64,000 nt of DNA from Ignavibacteriota bacterium (lineage in GTDB: Bacteria; Bacteroidota; Ignavibacteria; UBA10030). Location of the stretch: the NCBI GenBank assembly GCA_963727825.1, contig CAVSHO010000001.1, positions 128,001 through 192,000 of the forward strand, read 5' to 3'. The notes under the pieces were generated by a model. The model made no database searches. It had not been told where the DNA came from and saw nothing but the letters and a program-made list of their open reading frames with translations. Of this stretch, positions 40,077 to 50,415 are shown piece by piece; the stretch's first letter is position 1; every line of letters starts with the position of its first letter. The position numbers and the translations under genes were made by a program.

Positions 40077-43000
40077 ATGATTCAAGGATTTTCTTCAATA
40101 TTAACAATGTTGTCACATCGATTAATGTTGGTTCAAAACAAACAGAACCGCGTTGATTTGTTGTCGAATGCCATTGTCTTCCTTGCAGGTGTTATCGCAA
40201 CAGTGACTGTTTTGGTTGTTGCGGAAATGCTGTTTGAGTTTTCCCGCATTGGGCGAACGGCTGTTTCTGTCCTTTTTGTTTTCTCATTTCTTGTCGTTAG
40301 CAGTTGGATGATGGGTCGTCCGTTTCTTCGTCTCGTTGGTATGTTATCCTCGGCAACGGAAGATTTGACAGCACGCCGCATTGGCGCTTTTTTCCCTTCC
40401 ATCCGTGATCGACTTCTCAATGCACTTCAACTTGCGAAAAATGCCGCATCCGATTCCTTAATTTATTCAGATGAGTTGATTGATGAATCGCTAAAAGATT
40501 TTGCCGCAGAAATCCAACCGCTCGATTTTGCGCAATCAGTAGATATGTCTCATCTTCCTTTAAATCGCCGCTGGCTAATGATCAGCGCTGGTATAACGAT
40601 TCTGGTTGTGTGCTTATTCCCGACATCTTTCTCCGGTGCAGCATACCGGTTGATTCATTTTACGCGCGAGTTCGCACCTCCGCCAAAATATTCATTTGAA
40701 GTTTCTCCCGGTAATAAGGAAATAGTTAAAGGTGAAAATGTTGCTGTTCGAGTCAAAGTCATTTCTCTTCTTCCGCAATTCGCTCTGCGACCAACAGATA
40801 TCACTATTTACCGACAGCAAGAGGGACAGGAGAATTATGATGGAGTTAAGGTGAAGCCGGATTCGGGCGGTATATACAATACAATATTTCAAACTTTGCG
40901 CGCATCGACAGAATATTTTGCGCGAATCGCAGATGCTGAGAGCGAGCATTATAAATTGATAATGCTGGATCGGCCATTGATTCGGTCCTTCCACGTAAGG
41001 CTCGAATACCCGGCATACACCAAAATTCCACCAAGAGCAATGGATGAATTTATCGGTGATGTTACAGCATTGGCAGGAACACACGTTACGATTTCTGGCG
41101 CAGCAAGCAAATTATTGAAGCAGGCGTTTATTCAATTTGGAAACAATATAGAACTTCCGTTGATAATACATGGAGAAAAGTTCTCAGCATCATTTCTCCT
41201 TCTTTCAGACAACTCGTATCATATTTCCGTCGTTGACGAAGAAGGGTTATCGAATAGTGAACCGGTTCAATATCAAATCAAAGTCGTGCCGGATGAATAT
41301 CCCACTATCGCGATAATCGAACCAGGCCGCAATATAGATATTGCCGGCGATCAGTCGCTGAATCTTCTTTTACAGGCAAAAGATGATTTTGGATTTTCCA
41401 GTTTGCGTCTGGGGTACCGACTAATAAAATCACGATATGAACAGGCGCAGACCGAATACACATTTGTTCCTATTTCCTTTTCCACAGATGCGGTGGGACA
41501 GATTGAATTGCCGTTCATTTGGAATCTTGCCAAACTCAATCTTGTGCCGGAAGATGTCGTTGAATATTTTGCGGAAGTGTTTGATAACGATAATGTAAAA
41601 GGACCGAAAAGCGGAAGAAGCAATCTCTATCTTCTTCGTCTTCCATCGTTGGACGAAGTTTTTACAGATGTCGATAAAGAGCACGAACACTCAATAGACG
41701 ACTTGAAACAATCACTTGAGGAAGCGAAGAAATTGAAAGGCGACATCGAATCCATTAATCGCGATTTGAAGAAGAACAAAGATCCCGATTGGCAGACACA
41801 GAAGAAAATGGAAGAAATGGCAAAGCAGTACCAGCAAGTGCAGAAGAAATTGGAAGATGTGCATTCGCGTATCGAGCAAATGACACAGCAGATGCAGCAG
41901 CAAAACGTACTTTCCAAAGAAACAATGGAAAAATACCTGGAACTTCAACAATTATTCCAGCAGCTCGATGCAACCGAACTGCAGAAAGCACTACAACAAT
42001 TGCAGCATCAAATACCGAATATCAGCAAGGACCAACTTCAGCAAGCAATGCAGAACATGACATTTTCAGAAGAACAATTCCGTCAAAGCATCGAACGAAC
42101 GCTGAATCTACTCAAGCGCATTCAGATTGAGCAGAAGGTGGATGAAGTAAAAAAACGTGCGGAAGAATTGGAAAAGACAGAAAAAGAATTGCAGGAAGAA
42201 AGTTCAAAGTCTTCTGATAATCCACAAAAGCAAAAGGAGCTGTCAAAGAAACAATCAGATCTTGCGAATAAAGAACAAGCTATGGAACGTGAAACAGCCG
42301 ATCTTCAGCGGCGAATGGAAGAATTTTTTACGGAAATGCCTGCGGATAAATTACAGAAGTTGTTGGAACAGGTTCAAAAACAACAAATTGATCAGAAGAT
42401 GCAGCAAGCCTCCCGGCAAATGCAAACAGGAAATATGCAATCAGCACAACAAATGCAAAGTCAGATCAGTCAACAGTTACAGCAATTCAGAAAGCAGATG
42501 GAAGCAATGCAGCAGCAAATGCTTCAACAGCAATCGCAATATGTAGTAACAGAACTGCGTAAAGCGAGCAGCGACATGCTGGAGCTTTCAAAAGATGAAG
42601 AAGCACTGAAACAACAATCGCAAAATGCGCCACAAAACTCTCCACAACTCCGGCAGAACGCAGAAGATCAACTGCAAGCGAGTCAGGATTTGAACAATGT
42701 CATCAAAGGATTGAGTGAACTGTCGCTAAAATCTTTTGTAGTGACGCCGGAAATAGGAAAAGCAATTGGCCAAGCGCTTGCACATATGAACAACGCTTTG
42801 CGTTCTCTTGAGGTGCGTAATGGTGCCCAGGCGTCACAGGAGCAAGGACTAGCAATGGCAGCACTTAATCGTGCAGCAATGCAGGTGCAGAATGCACTGC
42901 AATCAATGATGCAGGGCGGAGGCGGCGGTGCTGGAAGTTTGATGCAGCAACTGCAGAGAATGGCAGGTCAGCAAATGGCTATCAACATGCAGACACAGCA

Positions 43001-43478
43001 AATGGGCGGAATTTCTCAGCAGCAAGCCGAAGAGGCGGCGCGTTTGGCACAAGAACAAGGTGCTGTCCGAAAATCTCTGGAAGAACTCAATCGCGAATCT
43101 CAACAGAGCGTCGAACATGAAAAATTGCTCGGCGATCTTCAGAAAATTGCGGATGAGATGAGCGAAGTCGTAAAAAATCTTGAGCAGAACAATGTTAATC
43201 CTGAGACGATAAAAAAACAAGAACGCATTCTCTCTCGTTTGCTCGATGCATCTAAATCTGTGCATGAGCATGATTACGAAAAAAAACGCAAATCGGAAAC
43301 CGGCACGCAAATAGTCCGGCAAAGTCCAAAAGAAATTGATCAGAATTTTCTAGAGGGCAAAAGTCAATTAAAGGAAGAATTGTTGAAAGCGTTAGAACAG
43401 GGATATTCAAAGGATTATCAAGAACTTATACGAAAATATTTTGAGGAATTGGAAAAGACAGAAAAGTTAGTACATTAG
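40077..43478 (+). CDS. DUF4175-like membrane-anchored coiled-coil protein
   Basis: N-terminal TMs, Ig-like middle region with DDFG and DND motifs, Q-rich coiled coil, C-terminal Y..LI..YF. Confidence 0.8.
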   Translation: MIQGFSSILTMLSHRLMLVQNKQNRVDLLSNAIVFLAGVIATVTVLVVAEMLFEFSRIGRTAVSVLFVFSFLVVSSWMMGRPFLRLVGMLSSATEDLTARRIGAFFPSIRDRLLNALQLAKNAASDSLIYSDELIDESLKDFAAEIQPLDFAQSVDMSHLPLNRRWLMISAGITILVVCLFPTSFSGAAYRLIHFTREFAPPPKYSFEVSPGNKEIVKGENVAVRVKVISLLPQFALRPTDITIYRQQEGQENYDGVKVKPDSGGIYNTIFQTLRASTEYFARIADAESEHYKLIMLDRPLIRSFHVRLEYPAYTKIPPRAMDEFIGDVTALAGTHVTISGAASKLLKQAFIQFGNNIELPLIIHGEKFSASFLLLSDNSYHISVVDEEGLSNSEPVQYQIKVVPDEYPTIAIIEPGRNIDIAGDQSLNLLLQAKDDFGFSSLRLGYRLIKSRYEQAQTEYTFVPISFSTDAVGQIELPFIWNLAKLNLVPEDVVEYFAEVFDNDNVKGPKSGRSNLYLLRLPSLDEVFTDVDKEHEHSIDDLKQSLEEAKKLKGDIESINRDLKKNKDPDWQTQKKMEEMAKQYQQVQKKLEDVHSRIEQMTQQMQQQNVLSKETMEKYLELQQLFQQLDATELQKALQQLQHQIPNISKDQLQQAMQNMTFSEEQFRQSIERTLNLLKRIQIEQKVDEVKKRAEELEKTEKELQEESSKSSDNPQKQKELSKKQSDLANKEQAMERETADLQRRMEEFFTEMPADKLQKLLEQVQKQQIDQKMQQASRQMQTGNMQSAQQMQSQISQQLQQFRKQMEAMQQQMLQQQSQYVVTELRKASSDMLELSKDEEALKQQSQNAPQNSPQLRQNAEDQLQASQDLNNVIKGLSELSLKSFVVTPEIGKAIGQALAHMNNALRSLEVRNGAQASQEQGLAMAALNRAAMQVQNALQSMMQGGGGGAGSLMQQLQRMAGQQMAINMQTQQMGGISQQQAEEAARLAQEQGAVRKSLEELNRESQQSVEHEKLLGDLQKIADEMSEVVKNLEQNNVNPETIKKQERILSRLLDASKSVHEHDYEKKRKSETGTQIVRQSPKEIDQNFLEGKSQLKEELLKALEQGYSKDYQELIRKYFEELEKTEKLVH

Positions 43479-43532
43479 GGCGCTAGTGTAATTGAACAGC
43501 GGCTATTCACATTTCAATATAAGGAGAAAGCT

Positions 43533-44111
43533 ATGAAAAAGTGGCTTGGAGAAATGTGGAGATTAATTCTGATTACATTTCTCGGTTTTGCCGGAAGTAT
43601 GATTGCCGGGCTTATGAGTTACGGGGGAGAAATATTTAGTCCGCAATCTGTAGGATTTGCGTACTACATTATGTTTGGCTTCAGCACGTCATTTATTTTT
43701 GCCTTCTACCATGTGCGCGGGCTTTCCAACACTATCACAGCGGCTGTTTCTACAGGAGCGGTAATTTTTGTTATTGCTTCATTCTGGATGCCAATATTGA
43801 ATGCAGCTATCTGGTCGTTCGGGGTTAATCTCTCTGTGGTTGTGCTGGCATTTCTTTTTGAACGGAAGCTAGCAAATTTCAAACAGTGGAAGTTTATTGT
43901 TATAGGTGTTGTCTATGGTGCTATATTTGTACTTTTAACTTTGTTTGTGGGTATTATTACAAAAGTGGCAACATTACCTCCTGCACTTTTCCAGAAAAAT
44001 TATCTTGATGGATTGTGGTTAGGTTTAAGTCTCGGTATCGGTGTAGAGATTGCAGAGTCAATTGTACACTCTGTCGATCTTCACCGGCAGACGAAACGGG
44101 AAGCATATTAA
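43533..44111 (+). CDS. Hypothetical membrane protein (about 6 TM)
   Basis: AGGAG RBS; hydrophobic 192-aa ORF. Confidence 0.7.
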   Translation: MKKWLGEMWRLILITFLGFAGSMIAGLMSYGGEIFSPQSVGFAYYIMFGFSTSFIFAFYHVRGLSNTITAAVSTGAVIFVIASFWMPILNAAIWSFGVNLSVVVLAFLFERKLANFKQWKFIVIGVVYGAIFVLLTLFVGIITKVATLPPALFQKNYLDGLWLGLSLGIGVEIAESIVHSVDLHRQTKREAY

Positions 44112-44182
44112 GAGAATATTTTACTACAACTTTTTGCTGTCAGGAGTTACGAGACTCCGGACAGCAAAATTTAAATTTGCAT

Positions 44183-44958
44183 CTACCAACTCACATGCCA
44201 GTGTTTGATTTGCCAATCGCCTTTCTCGGTTTTCATCAAGACGACGGTGTGAAATCGTATTGGCCCATTCTTTTTGATTTGAGTTTTCAAGACTATAAAT
44301 ATAGTCGTTTCATCTTGTGAACTCCTCAGCACTAAAGGAGAAAGTGTTTTGGATTCAGAACCTTCAATCAGTTTTATATTTTTATGCTCACCGTTTAAAA
44401 CACCATACAAGCTTTCGAAATATTTTCCATAGATAAGATAAGCATCAGGACTGATATACTTTTTGGCTTGCGTGATATCTGCTCCTTTAAAATATTCTCA
44501 ATGGGCGTCTTGATCGATTCGAGCTTTTCTATGCTCAACCTGAATCGGAAAGGAATAGTTACCCACACGGCAATTGGTTTCCCTTTTTGTTTTGCGGGTG
44601 TAAATTTCCATTGTGTACTTGCCTCAATGGCTGCGTTATTAAAAATCTCTCGATCACTTTTAACGATTTCTGCTTTTTTTACATCTCCTCTTTCGGTAAT
44701 CCACACTCTCACATATACATTTCCTTCTAAGCTGTCCTTTAATGCTAATTCCGGGTACTTAGGTTGAAATTTTTTGATCACTTCCGGTTCTTTGTCATAT
44801 GGAACAAAATCCTCTGGAACTTTTAAAGTATCCTGTTCAAATGCTAAAAGGTTTTGATGATTTGAACCAGTATTTTGGGCTGTTAGCAATATGCTTTGAC
44901 TAAGCAAAATAGATGACGAAAGTAATAACCCCAATAATGCTAGTACTATCTTTTTCAT
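44183..44958 (-). CDS. TonB C-terminal domain protein with a possible NTF2-like tail, frameshifted near 44480
   Basis: PKYPELA..LEGNVYV..WKFTPAKQKG..VTIPFRF; continues into ORF 44183-44410 ending WQIKHWH. Confidence 0.75.
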
Positions 44959-44968
44959 TAGTGTCTCC

Positions 44969-45417
44969 TCAATTATTATGAATAGAAGAAGGTATATATC
45001 CTTGCACTACCACTGTAGGAAGTGTTGGAACATAGACTATGGTTTCTTTTGAAGCAAAGTATGATTGATATACTAATGAAGTGAATATTGCGCTTGTAAG
45101 AATAGTGAATGCAAGAATAAAACCAACAGCCCTCAGGGACATCATTCGACCTTGCTTTATCCAATCAAAACTAAAACTTGCTGGTTTTCTAATACTTGAT
45201 GCCGTCATAATATTTGTAAGGATCTTTCTGTTTAGTGGTTCTGGAATAATTGTTGATTGCTTGTTCAATAGCTCCGTACGAAGACCCATTGTTTCTTTTA
45301 AAACCCCCGGCAATTATCACATGAGCTCAAGTGGTGAAACAAGCTGGCTTCACCTGCAGTGTTTAATTCACCATCAATAAATTGGCTTACATATTCTTGG
45401 TACTGTTCGCAATTCAT
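44969..45417 (-). CDS. zf-HC2 anti-sigma factor, frameshifted near 45305
   Basis: MNCE..FIDGEL..HLSSCDNC (HxxxCxxC), then a TM helix in the second frame. Confidence 0.8.
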
Positions 45418-45445
45418 AATACACCTCAATATTTCATCATTAGAA

Positions 45446-45838
45446 CTAATTAGGCTCACGTTTAAGTTTAGAACGATTCCATGGTTTATCTTTTGTTTCT
45501 CGCCAAGCTTTCCACCCGGCAGGCAAGTCGGAGAGTTGTTTAACGCTGTTATCAATTTTTACAATTGCTTCAAGTGTTATAAAAGTGACTTCATCTCCCG
45601 CTGATTTTTCATTAGAAAGGAATATCCATTGTCCATCAACAGAGTCACGAAATACATAGAGAATTGGACTAAGTCCATCTACTATTACTTTCTCGGTTAC
45701 AACAGTAACAGAACGTTGTTCTTTAAATGTCCAATTGTTCAAAGAGGAAGTTGCGCACCCCCAAAAGACAAATGTCATAATGATAAGAATGGAACAACAA
45801 ACATATTTCTTCGGAGGGAACTTAGCAGGATGTTTCAT
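45446..45838 (-). CDS. Small putative lipoprotein (DUF2185/Imm33-like), start uncertain
   Basis: Lipobox-like FWGC; DGQWIF..IVKIDNSV..LSDLPAGWKAWR pattern. Confidence 0.55.
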   Translation of the reverse strand: MKHPAKFPPKKYVCCSILIIMTFVFWGCATSSLNNWTFKEQRSVTVVTEKVIVDGLSPILYVFRDSVDGQWIFLSNEKSAGDEVTFITLEAIVKIDNSVKQLSDLPAGWKAWRETKDKPWNRSKLKREPN

Positions 45839-46371
45839 TATTGATAGTACTCCTTTAGTCGTCTTGTTAATGCTTTGCGTGCTTTGAATAATCGTGACTT
45901 CACAGAACTTTCTGTATCACTGGTAACCTCTGCAATTTGCGCATAGGAAAGTTGTTCGTATTCCCTCAATAAAATTACTTCGCGATATTCGCTTTTCAGA
46001 TTCTGAAGAAGTCGTTGAACAATCTCCTTGGTCTCAGTTGATACAATCAATTCGTATGGTGTCGTTTCATCCCAAACATCCTCCTCGTTTTGAACACCAT
46101 TGCGCCGTTTTCTTCGGATGTGCATCATCACTTCATTGCGAGCTATACTGAAAAGCCACGACAAAAATGATTCCGGTTTTTGTAAGAGCCTGATATTTGC
46201 ATGCATCTTGATAAAAGTTTCTTGTGTCGCATCCTCTGCCGCGTCGGAATTAGTAAGCATTCGAAGACAATAGCGATAAATCGCAGATTTGTGGAGTTCA
46301 TACAAATCGGCAAATGCTCGCCGATCACCATGGCGCAATAGTTCAATCAGTTCGGTGTCTGTTCTCACCAC
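45838..46371 (-). CDS. ECF RNA polymerase sigma factor
   Basis: AEDATQETF, SWLFSIARN, LSYAQIA and VKSRLFKAR motifs. Confidence 0.93.
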   Translation of the reverse strand: MVRTDTELIELLRHGDRRAFADLYELHKSAIYRYCLRMLTNSDAAEDATQETFIKMHANIRLLQKPESFLSWLFSIARNEVMMHIRRKRRNGVQNEEDVWDETTPYELIVSTETKEIVQRLLQNLKSEYREVILLREYEQLSYAQIAEVTSDTESSVKSRLFKARKALTRRLKEYYQ

Positions 46372-46733
46372 GCGATTCTTTCTGTACTGCAGGAGTTGTT
46401 GTCTCTGCCTGTTGATTTACATATAGAAGATGCACAAAGAGAAAGAAAGTTGCTGTAGAATTTTTGTTATTTAGCTCCCATTGGTATACTTCATCGTTGC
46501 AATCCAACGACTTATTGGCTACATTTTGGGCGAATATCGACAGGGAATATTCCAAGCGCAAACAGCACAACCTGAAAAGATCAAACAATAGAGTCGTGTG
46601 AAATATCGATTAAATCGTAGGAGAAGCAAAATTGCTGGTGAGGATGTTGTGCAATATTTATGCGTTTACGATTGAACAGATGAAAGAAATTGATGGTATT
46701 GTAAAGAGGGTTATGGGGAAGTGATTTTACTTG

Positions 46734-46761
46734 GTAAAGACGTGATGAATCACGTCTCTAC
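46734..46761. repeat. REP palindrome upstream of RAYT
   Basis: GTAAAGACGTGATGAATCACGTCTCTAC. Confidence 0.85.
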
Positions 46762-46768
46762 AGATACT

Positions 46769-47302
46769 ATGACATTATATAAAAACACATTTCGCATCGA
46801 ATCAACGCGATTAAAAGGATATGATTATTCCCAACCCGGTGAATATTTTATTACGATTTGTACACATAATCACGAATGCATTTTTGGCATACTCGCTGAA
46901 GAAGAAATGAAATTGTCACATATTGGAATGATAGCAAAAAATTGTTGGGAAAATATTCCAAATCATTTTCACAATGTTGAATTGGATGAATTTATTGTAA
47001 TGCCAAACCACATACACGGAATAATAATATGTGAAAATAATATTCGTAGAGACGCGATTAATCGCGTCTCTACAGGTGGAATAACAAAAACAAATAATCC
47101 GATGCTGTCGCATAATTCGTTATCAAACATTATTAGGCAATATAAAAGCCGTGTATCACATGAAATTCATAAAACACAACCAGATTTTGCTTGGCAACCC
47201 AGATTTTACGAGCACATCATCCGTGACGAAAGAGATTTGCAGAACACCCGAGATTATATTGTCAACAATCCAATAAAATGGTTTTATGACATCAATTCTT
47301 AA
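46769..47302 (+). mobile_element. REP-associated tyrosine transposase (RAYT, IS200-like Y1 HUH)
   Basis: STRLKGYDYS..YFITICT, MPNHIHGI (HUH), WQPRFYEHIIR and YIVNNP motifs. Confidence 0.92.
47046..47073. repeat. Perfect 28-bp REP palindrome inside the RAYT ORF
   Basis: GTAGAGACGCGATTAATCGCGTCTCTAC, read as RRDAINRVST. Confidence 0.92.
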
Positions 47303-47325
47303 ATGAAAATATTAGAAGTTAAACT

Positions 47326-50300
47326 GTGCCTTCTATTCTTTTAAACGATACCGAACTTCATTTCCCTAATTTTACTATCGTTTCTGCATCTGCAGGATCG
47401 GGTAAGACGCACACGCTCACGTTAAAAATTTTACAGCTCTTATTGTCTCCGAATGCGCCAAACAATCGGTTGAACAATGTACTTGCGATGACGTTCACTA
47501 AGAATGCCGCCGCTGAAATGCGCCAACGTGTTCTGGAGTATTTGAAGAAAGCATACCACGGTGATAAAAACATTCTTGATCAATTATGCCCTCTCGTTTC
47601 AATGGATGAAGCGGAACTCCGCACTCGAAGTGGTGAATTGATTGAAACAATATTACAGGATTACTCCGCGTTTCAGGTGCAAACGATAGACAGCTTTATG
47701 GCACGAGTGTTTCGCGCTTCTGCGTTGGAGTTTGGTTTTTCACCGACGCTTGAAATTGTTTTGAATAACCGCACAATACTTGATGCGGCTTTTGAACAAT
47801 TCGCCCGCGAACTTGCAACCGACCCGACAAAACGACATCTGCTTGAAGAGCTGACAGATATTCTTGTTGAAAGCCAGTCCCGACAAATCGGAACTTCACG
47901 GTATATTTGGAATCCATTTCAAAAACTCTCAGATGAAGTTCGCAATCTGTATAACATCTTGAGCGCACAATCAAAAGAAGTTCTGTCATTAACGGAAAAC
48001 AGTGGACAGGTGAACACACTGCGCACGGAAATTCTTGATACGTTTCGTCAGCTTCAAGCACTTGTAAGAGATTCAGGATTGGAAATAACTAAGAATTTTG
48101 AAAATGTCACTGATATCGCTAATACCGGAGATGTAGATAAGCTGATAGAATTGAAGAGTGTCAATAAACCGGTAAAAGCAGGTAAATCGAAAGCCGAAAA
48201 AGAAGAAACGGAAAAATGGAACGCACGTTTTTCACAACTGCAGGAAAAGTTCAACTCGCTTGCTGCAGAATATGTTGTGCAGCAGGCATATCAATATTAT
48301 CATCCGTATGTCGAAGCGCATAAATTGTTTCGGGGTACTATCGAACAGATTATGCGGCGCAACAATCAAATTAATCTTTCTGATGTCAACCATACGCTTC
48401 TGCATTACATTTCGGAAGAAATTGTGCCGCAAGTATATTTCTATTTGGGCGATACCGTCTACCATTATCTCATTGACGAGTTTCAGGATACTGCACCAGT
48501 GCAGTGGGAAGCAATAAAGCCGCTGTTCGCCGAGGCACTCTCAAAGCAGGGAAGTCTGTTTGTTGTCGGAGATACCAAACAATCCATTTACGCTTTCCGT
48601 CATGCCGATTGGCGCATTATGAAAAACGTAATGATGAGCAACGTCTTTCCATCGGCGCCGCCTGAAGTGCGAGAACTGGAAATAAATTACCGGAGCTTCG
48701 AACGAATACTTGATTTCAACAAAACGGTCTTTCATTCCATAGTGCCATCTGCAATAGATGGTGACGCACCGCGTGCTAGCGGGTTATCAACTTTCAAACA
48801 AGAGGTAGAAGAAAAGAATAAGAAGAAAGGATACGTTGAGATTGTCTCGTTTGAAAAAGGTGAAGGCCAAGAACAGGAACGTGCGAAGATATTGGAAATT
48901 GTAAATGGTTGTCACACGCGTGGTTATCGATATGGCGATATTACAATCCTGACACCGAAGAATGAACAGGTCGTTACTATCAGCGGATGGCTTAATAAAG
49001 AGCATATTAAGTTTATTTCGCACAGCAGTCTAGATATTCGCGGTCGTGCAATCACCGGTGATGTCATAGCACTTCTTCGCTTTCTTGATTCACCAATTGA
49101 CGACCTTGCATTCGCAACTATTTTACTGAGCGGCACATTTCATCGCGCACTTACCGCTGACAACTTGAAGTTGACGCAAGAGGAACTTCATTCGTTCATT
49201 CTTCAGGCGCGAAGAGCGGAACATCCGGTGTCGCTGTATGCATCTTTCCGCCTGCGTTATGCCGATATTTGGCAGAAATACTTTAATGAACTTTTCACAG
49301 TCGTCGGTTACTTGCCGATGTATGATCTTCTATCAGAAATTTATAAGCAATTTCGATTGTTCGAGATTGCACCCGAGGAAGAAGGCGCACTTGCAAAGCT
49401 GTTGGATGTGATGAAAAATTTTGAAGAGACCGGACAGAATAATCTAAAAGATTTTCTTGCCTTTGCCGATGATGAAGAAGATGATACAGATTGGAATATT
49501 GCTGTACCCCACGGCGAAGATGCAGTTTCTGTAATGACAATCCACAAAGCTAAAGGATTGGACAATCGTGTAGTCATTGTTTTGTTGATAGATTCTAAAT
49601 TACGATCAGATAATTTGTTTGTTGAAGAAAATAGCGACGGTGTCCGGTTAGTGCATATAACACAAAAAAATGCGGCGTTTGATAAGACGCTTATGGAACT
49701 GTACAATCAACACCGTTTTGAACGAGCAGTAGATGATCTCAATAAATTATACGTTGCTTTTACAAGAGCAAAAGAAGAGATGTACGTAATCAGCGTTAAG
49801 ACCAAATACGCCGATGAACCGTCAAAATTTCTGCCATCTTCCGGCTATGAACCGTCGATAAAGCCGGAAGTCGAAAAACAGAAACAAACACAAGAACTAG
49901 TCATGCCCCTGTATCATTCGTCAAGGCGAACACCCGTTAGCAATGCTACATCGGAGAAGTTGGCGTTGTATGAACGCCGCCGCGGCGAGGCTATTCACGA
50001 TGTATTGTCGCAAGTAAAGTTCGCAGGTGCTGATATTGAAATGCTCATATCATCCTCTATAAGGAAAACCGCGGGAAGCTGGATGCAACCAAATGATGAA
50101 GAGCGTATCAAATCGTTGACTTTGGAATTTCTGCGTTTGCCGGAAATAGCGCCATTCTTTACGTGCGTTGAAAACAGAAAAATATTGAATGAGCAAGAGT
50201 TTGTTAATCCAGATGGACGGCTGTTCCGAATGGATCGGATTGTTGTTGATGCAGACGTAGTGACGGTGCTCGATTTCAAAACGGGAGATGATAAAGATGC

Positions 50301-50415
50301 ATATTCAGATCAAGTGAAAGGATATATCAATATTCTTCAGAACTTTTATCCCGGTCGTACAATTCGCGGCGTGCTAGCATTTGTTGACCGAAAGAAATTG
50401 CGGGTGGTTGCATGA
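47326..50415 (+). CDS. addA: UvrD-type helicase-nuclease, AddA-like
   Basis: ASAGSGKT, DEFQDT, VGDTKQSIYAFR, TIHKAKGL and YVAFTRA motifs; C-terminal RMDR..LDFKTG nuclease. Confidence 0.88.
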   Translation: MPSILLNDTELHFPNFTIVSASAGSGKTHTLTLKILQLLLSPNAPNNRLNNVLAMTFTKNAAAEMRQRVLEYLKKAYHGDKNILDQLCPLVSMDEAELRTRSGELIETILQDYSAFQVQTIDSFMARVFRASALEFGFSPTLEIVLNNRTILDAAFEQFARELATDPTKRHLLEELTDILVESQSRQIGTSRYIWNPFQKLSDEVRNLYNILSAQSKEVLSLTENSGQVNTLRTEILDTFRQLQALVRDSGLEITKNFENVTDIANTGDVDKLIELKSVNKPVKAGKSKAEKEETEKWNARFSQLQEKFNSLAAEYVVQQAYQYYHPYVEAHKLFRGTIEQIMRRNNQINLSDVNHTLLHYISEEIVPQVYFYLGDTVYHYLIDEFQDTAPVQWEAIKPLFAEALSKQGSLFVVGDTKQSIYAFRHADWRIMKNVMMSNVFPSAPPEVRELEINYRSFERILDFNKTVFHSIVPSAIDGDAPRASGLSTFKQEVEEKNKKKGYVEIVSFEKGEGQEQERAKILEIVNGCHTRGYRYGDITILTPKNEQVVTISGWLNKEHIKFISHSSLDIRGRAITGDVIALLRFLDSPIDDLAFATILLSGTFHRALTADNLKLTQEELHSFILQARRAEHPVSLYASFRLRYADIWQKYFNELFTVVGYLPMYDLLSEIYKQFRLFEIAPEEEGALAKLLDVMKNFEETGQNNLKDFLAFADDEEDDTDWNIAVPHGEDAVSVMTIHKAKGLDNRVVIVLLIDSKLRSDNLFVEENSDGVRLVHITQKNAAFDKTLMELYNQHRFERAVDDLNKLYVAFTRAKEEMYVISVKTKYADEPSKFLPSSGYEPSIKPEVEKQKQTQELVMPLYHSSRRTPVSNATSEKLALYERRRGEAIHDVLSQVKFAGADIEMLISSSIRKTAGSWMQPNDEERIKSLTLEFLRLPEIAPFFTCVENRKILNEQEFVNPDGRLFRMDRIVVDADVVTVLDFKTGDDKDAYSDQVKGYINILQNFYPGRTIRGVLAFVDRKKLRVVA

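Noticed and set aside
41700-43200. CAG/CAA-rich repetitive tract
   Set aside because: Explained by the Gln-rich coiled coil typical of DUF4175-like proteins.
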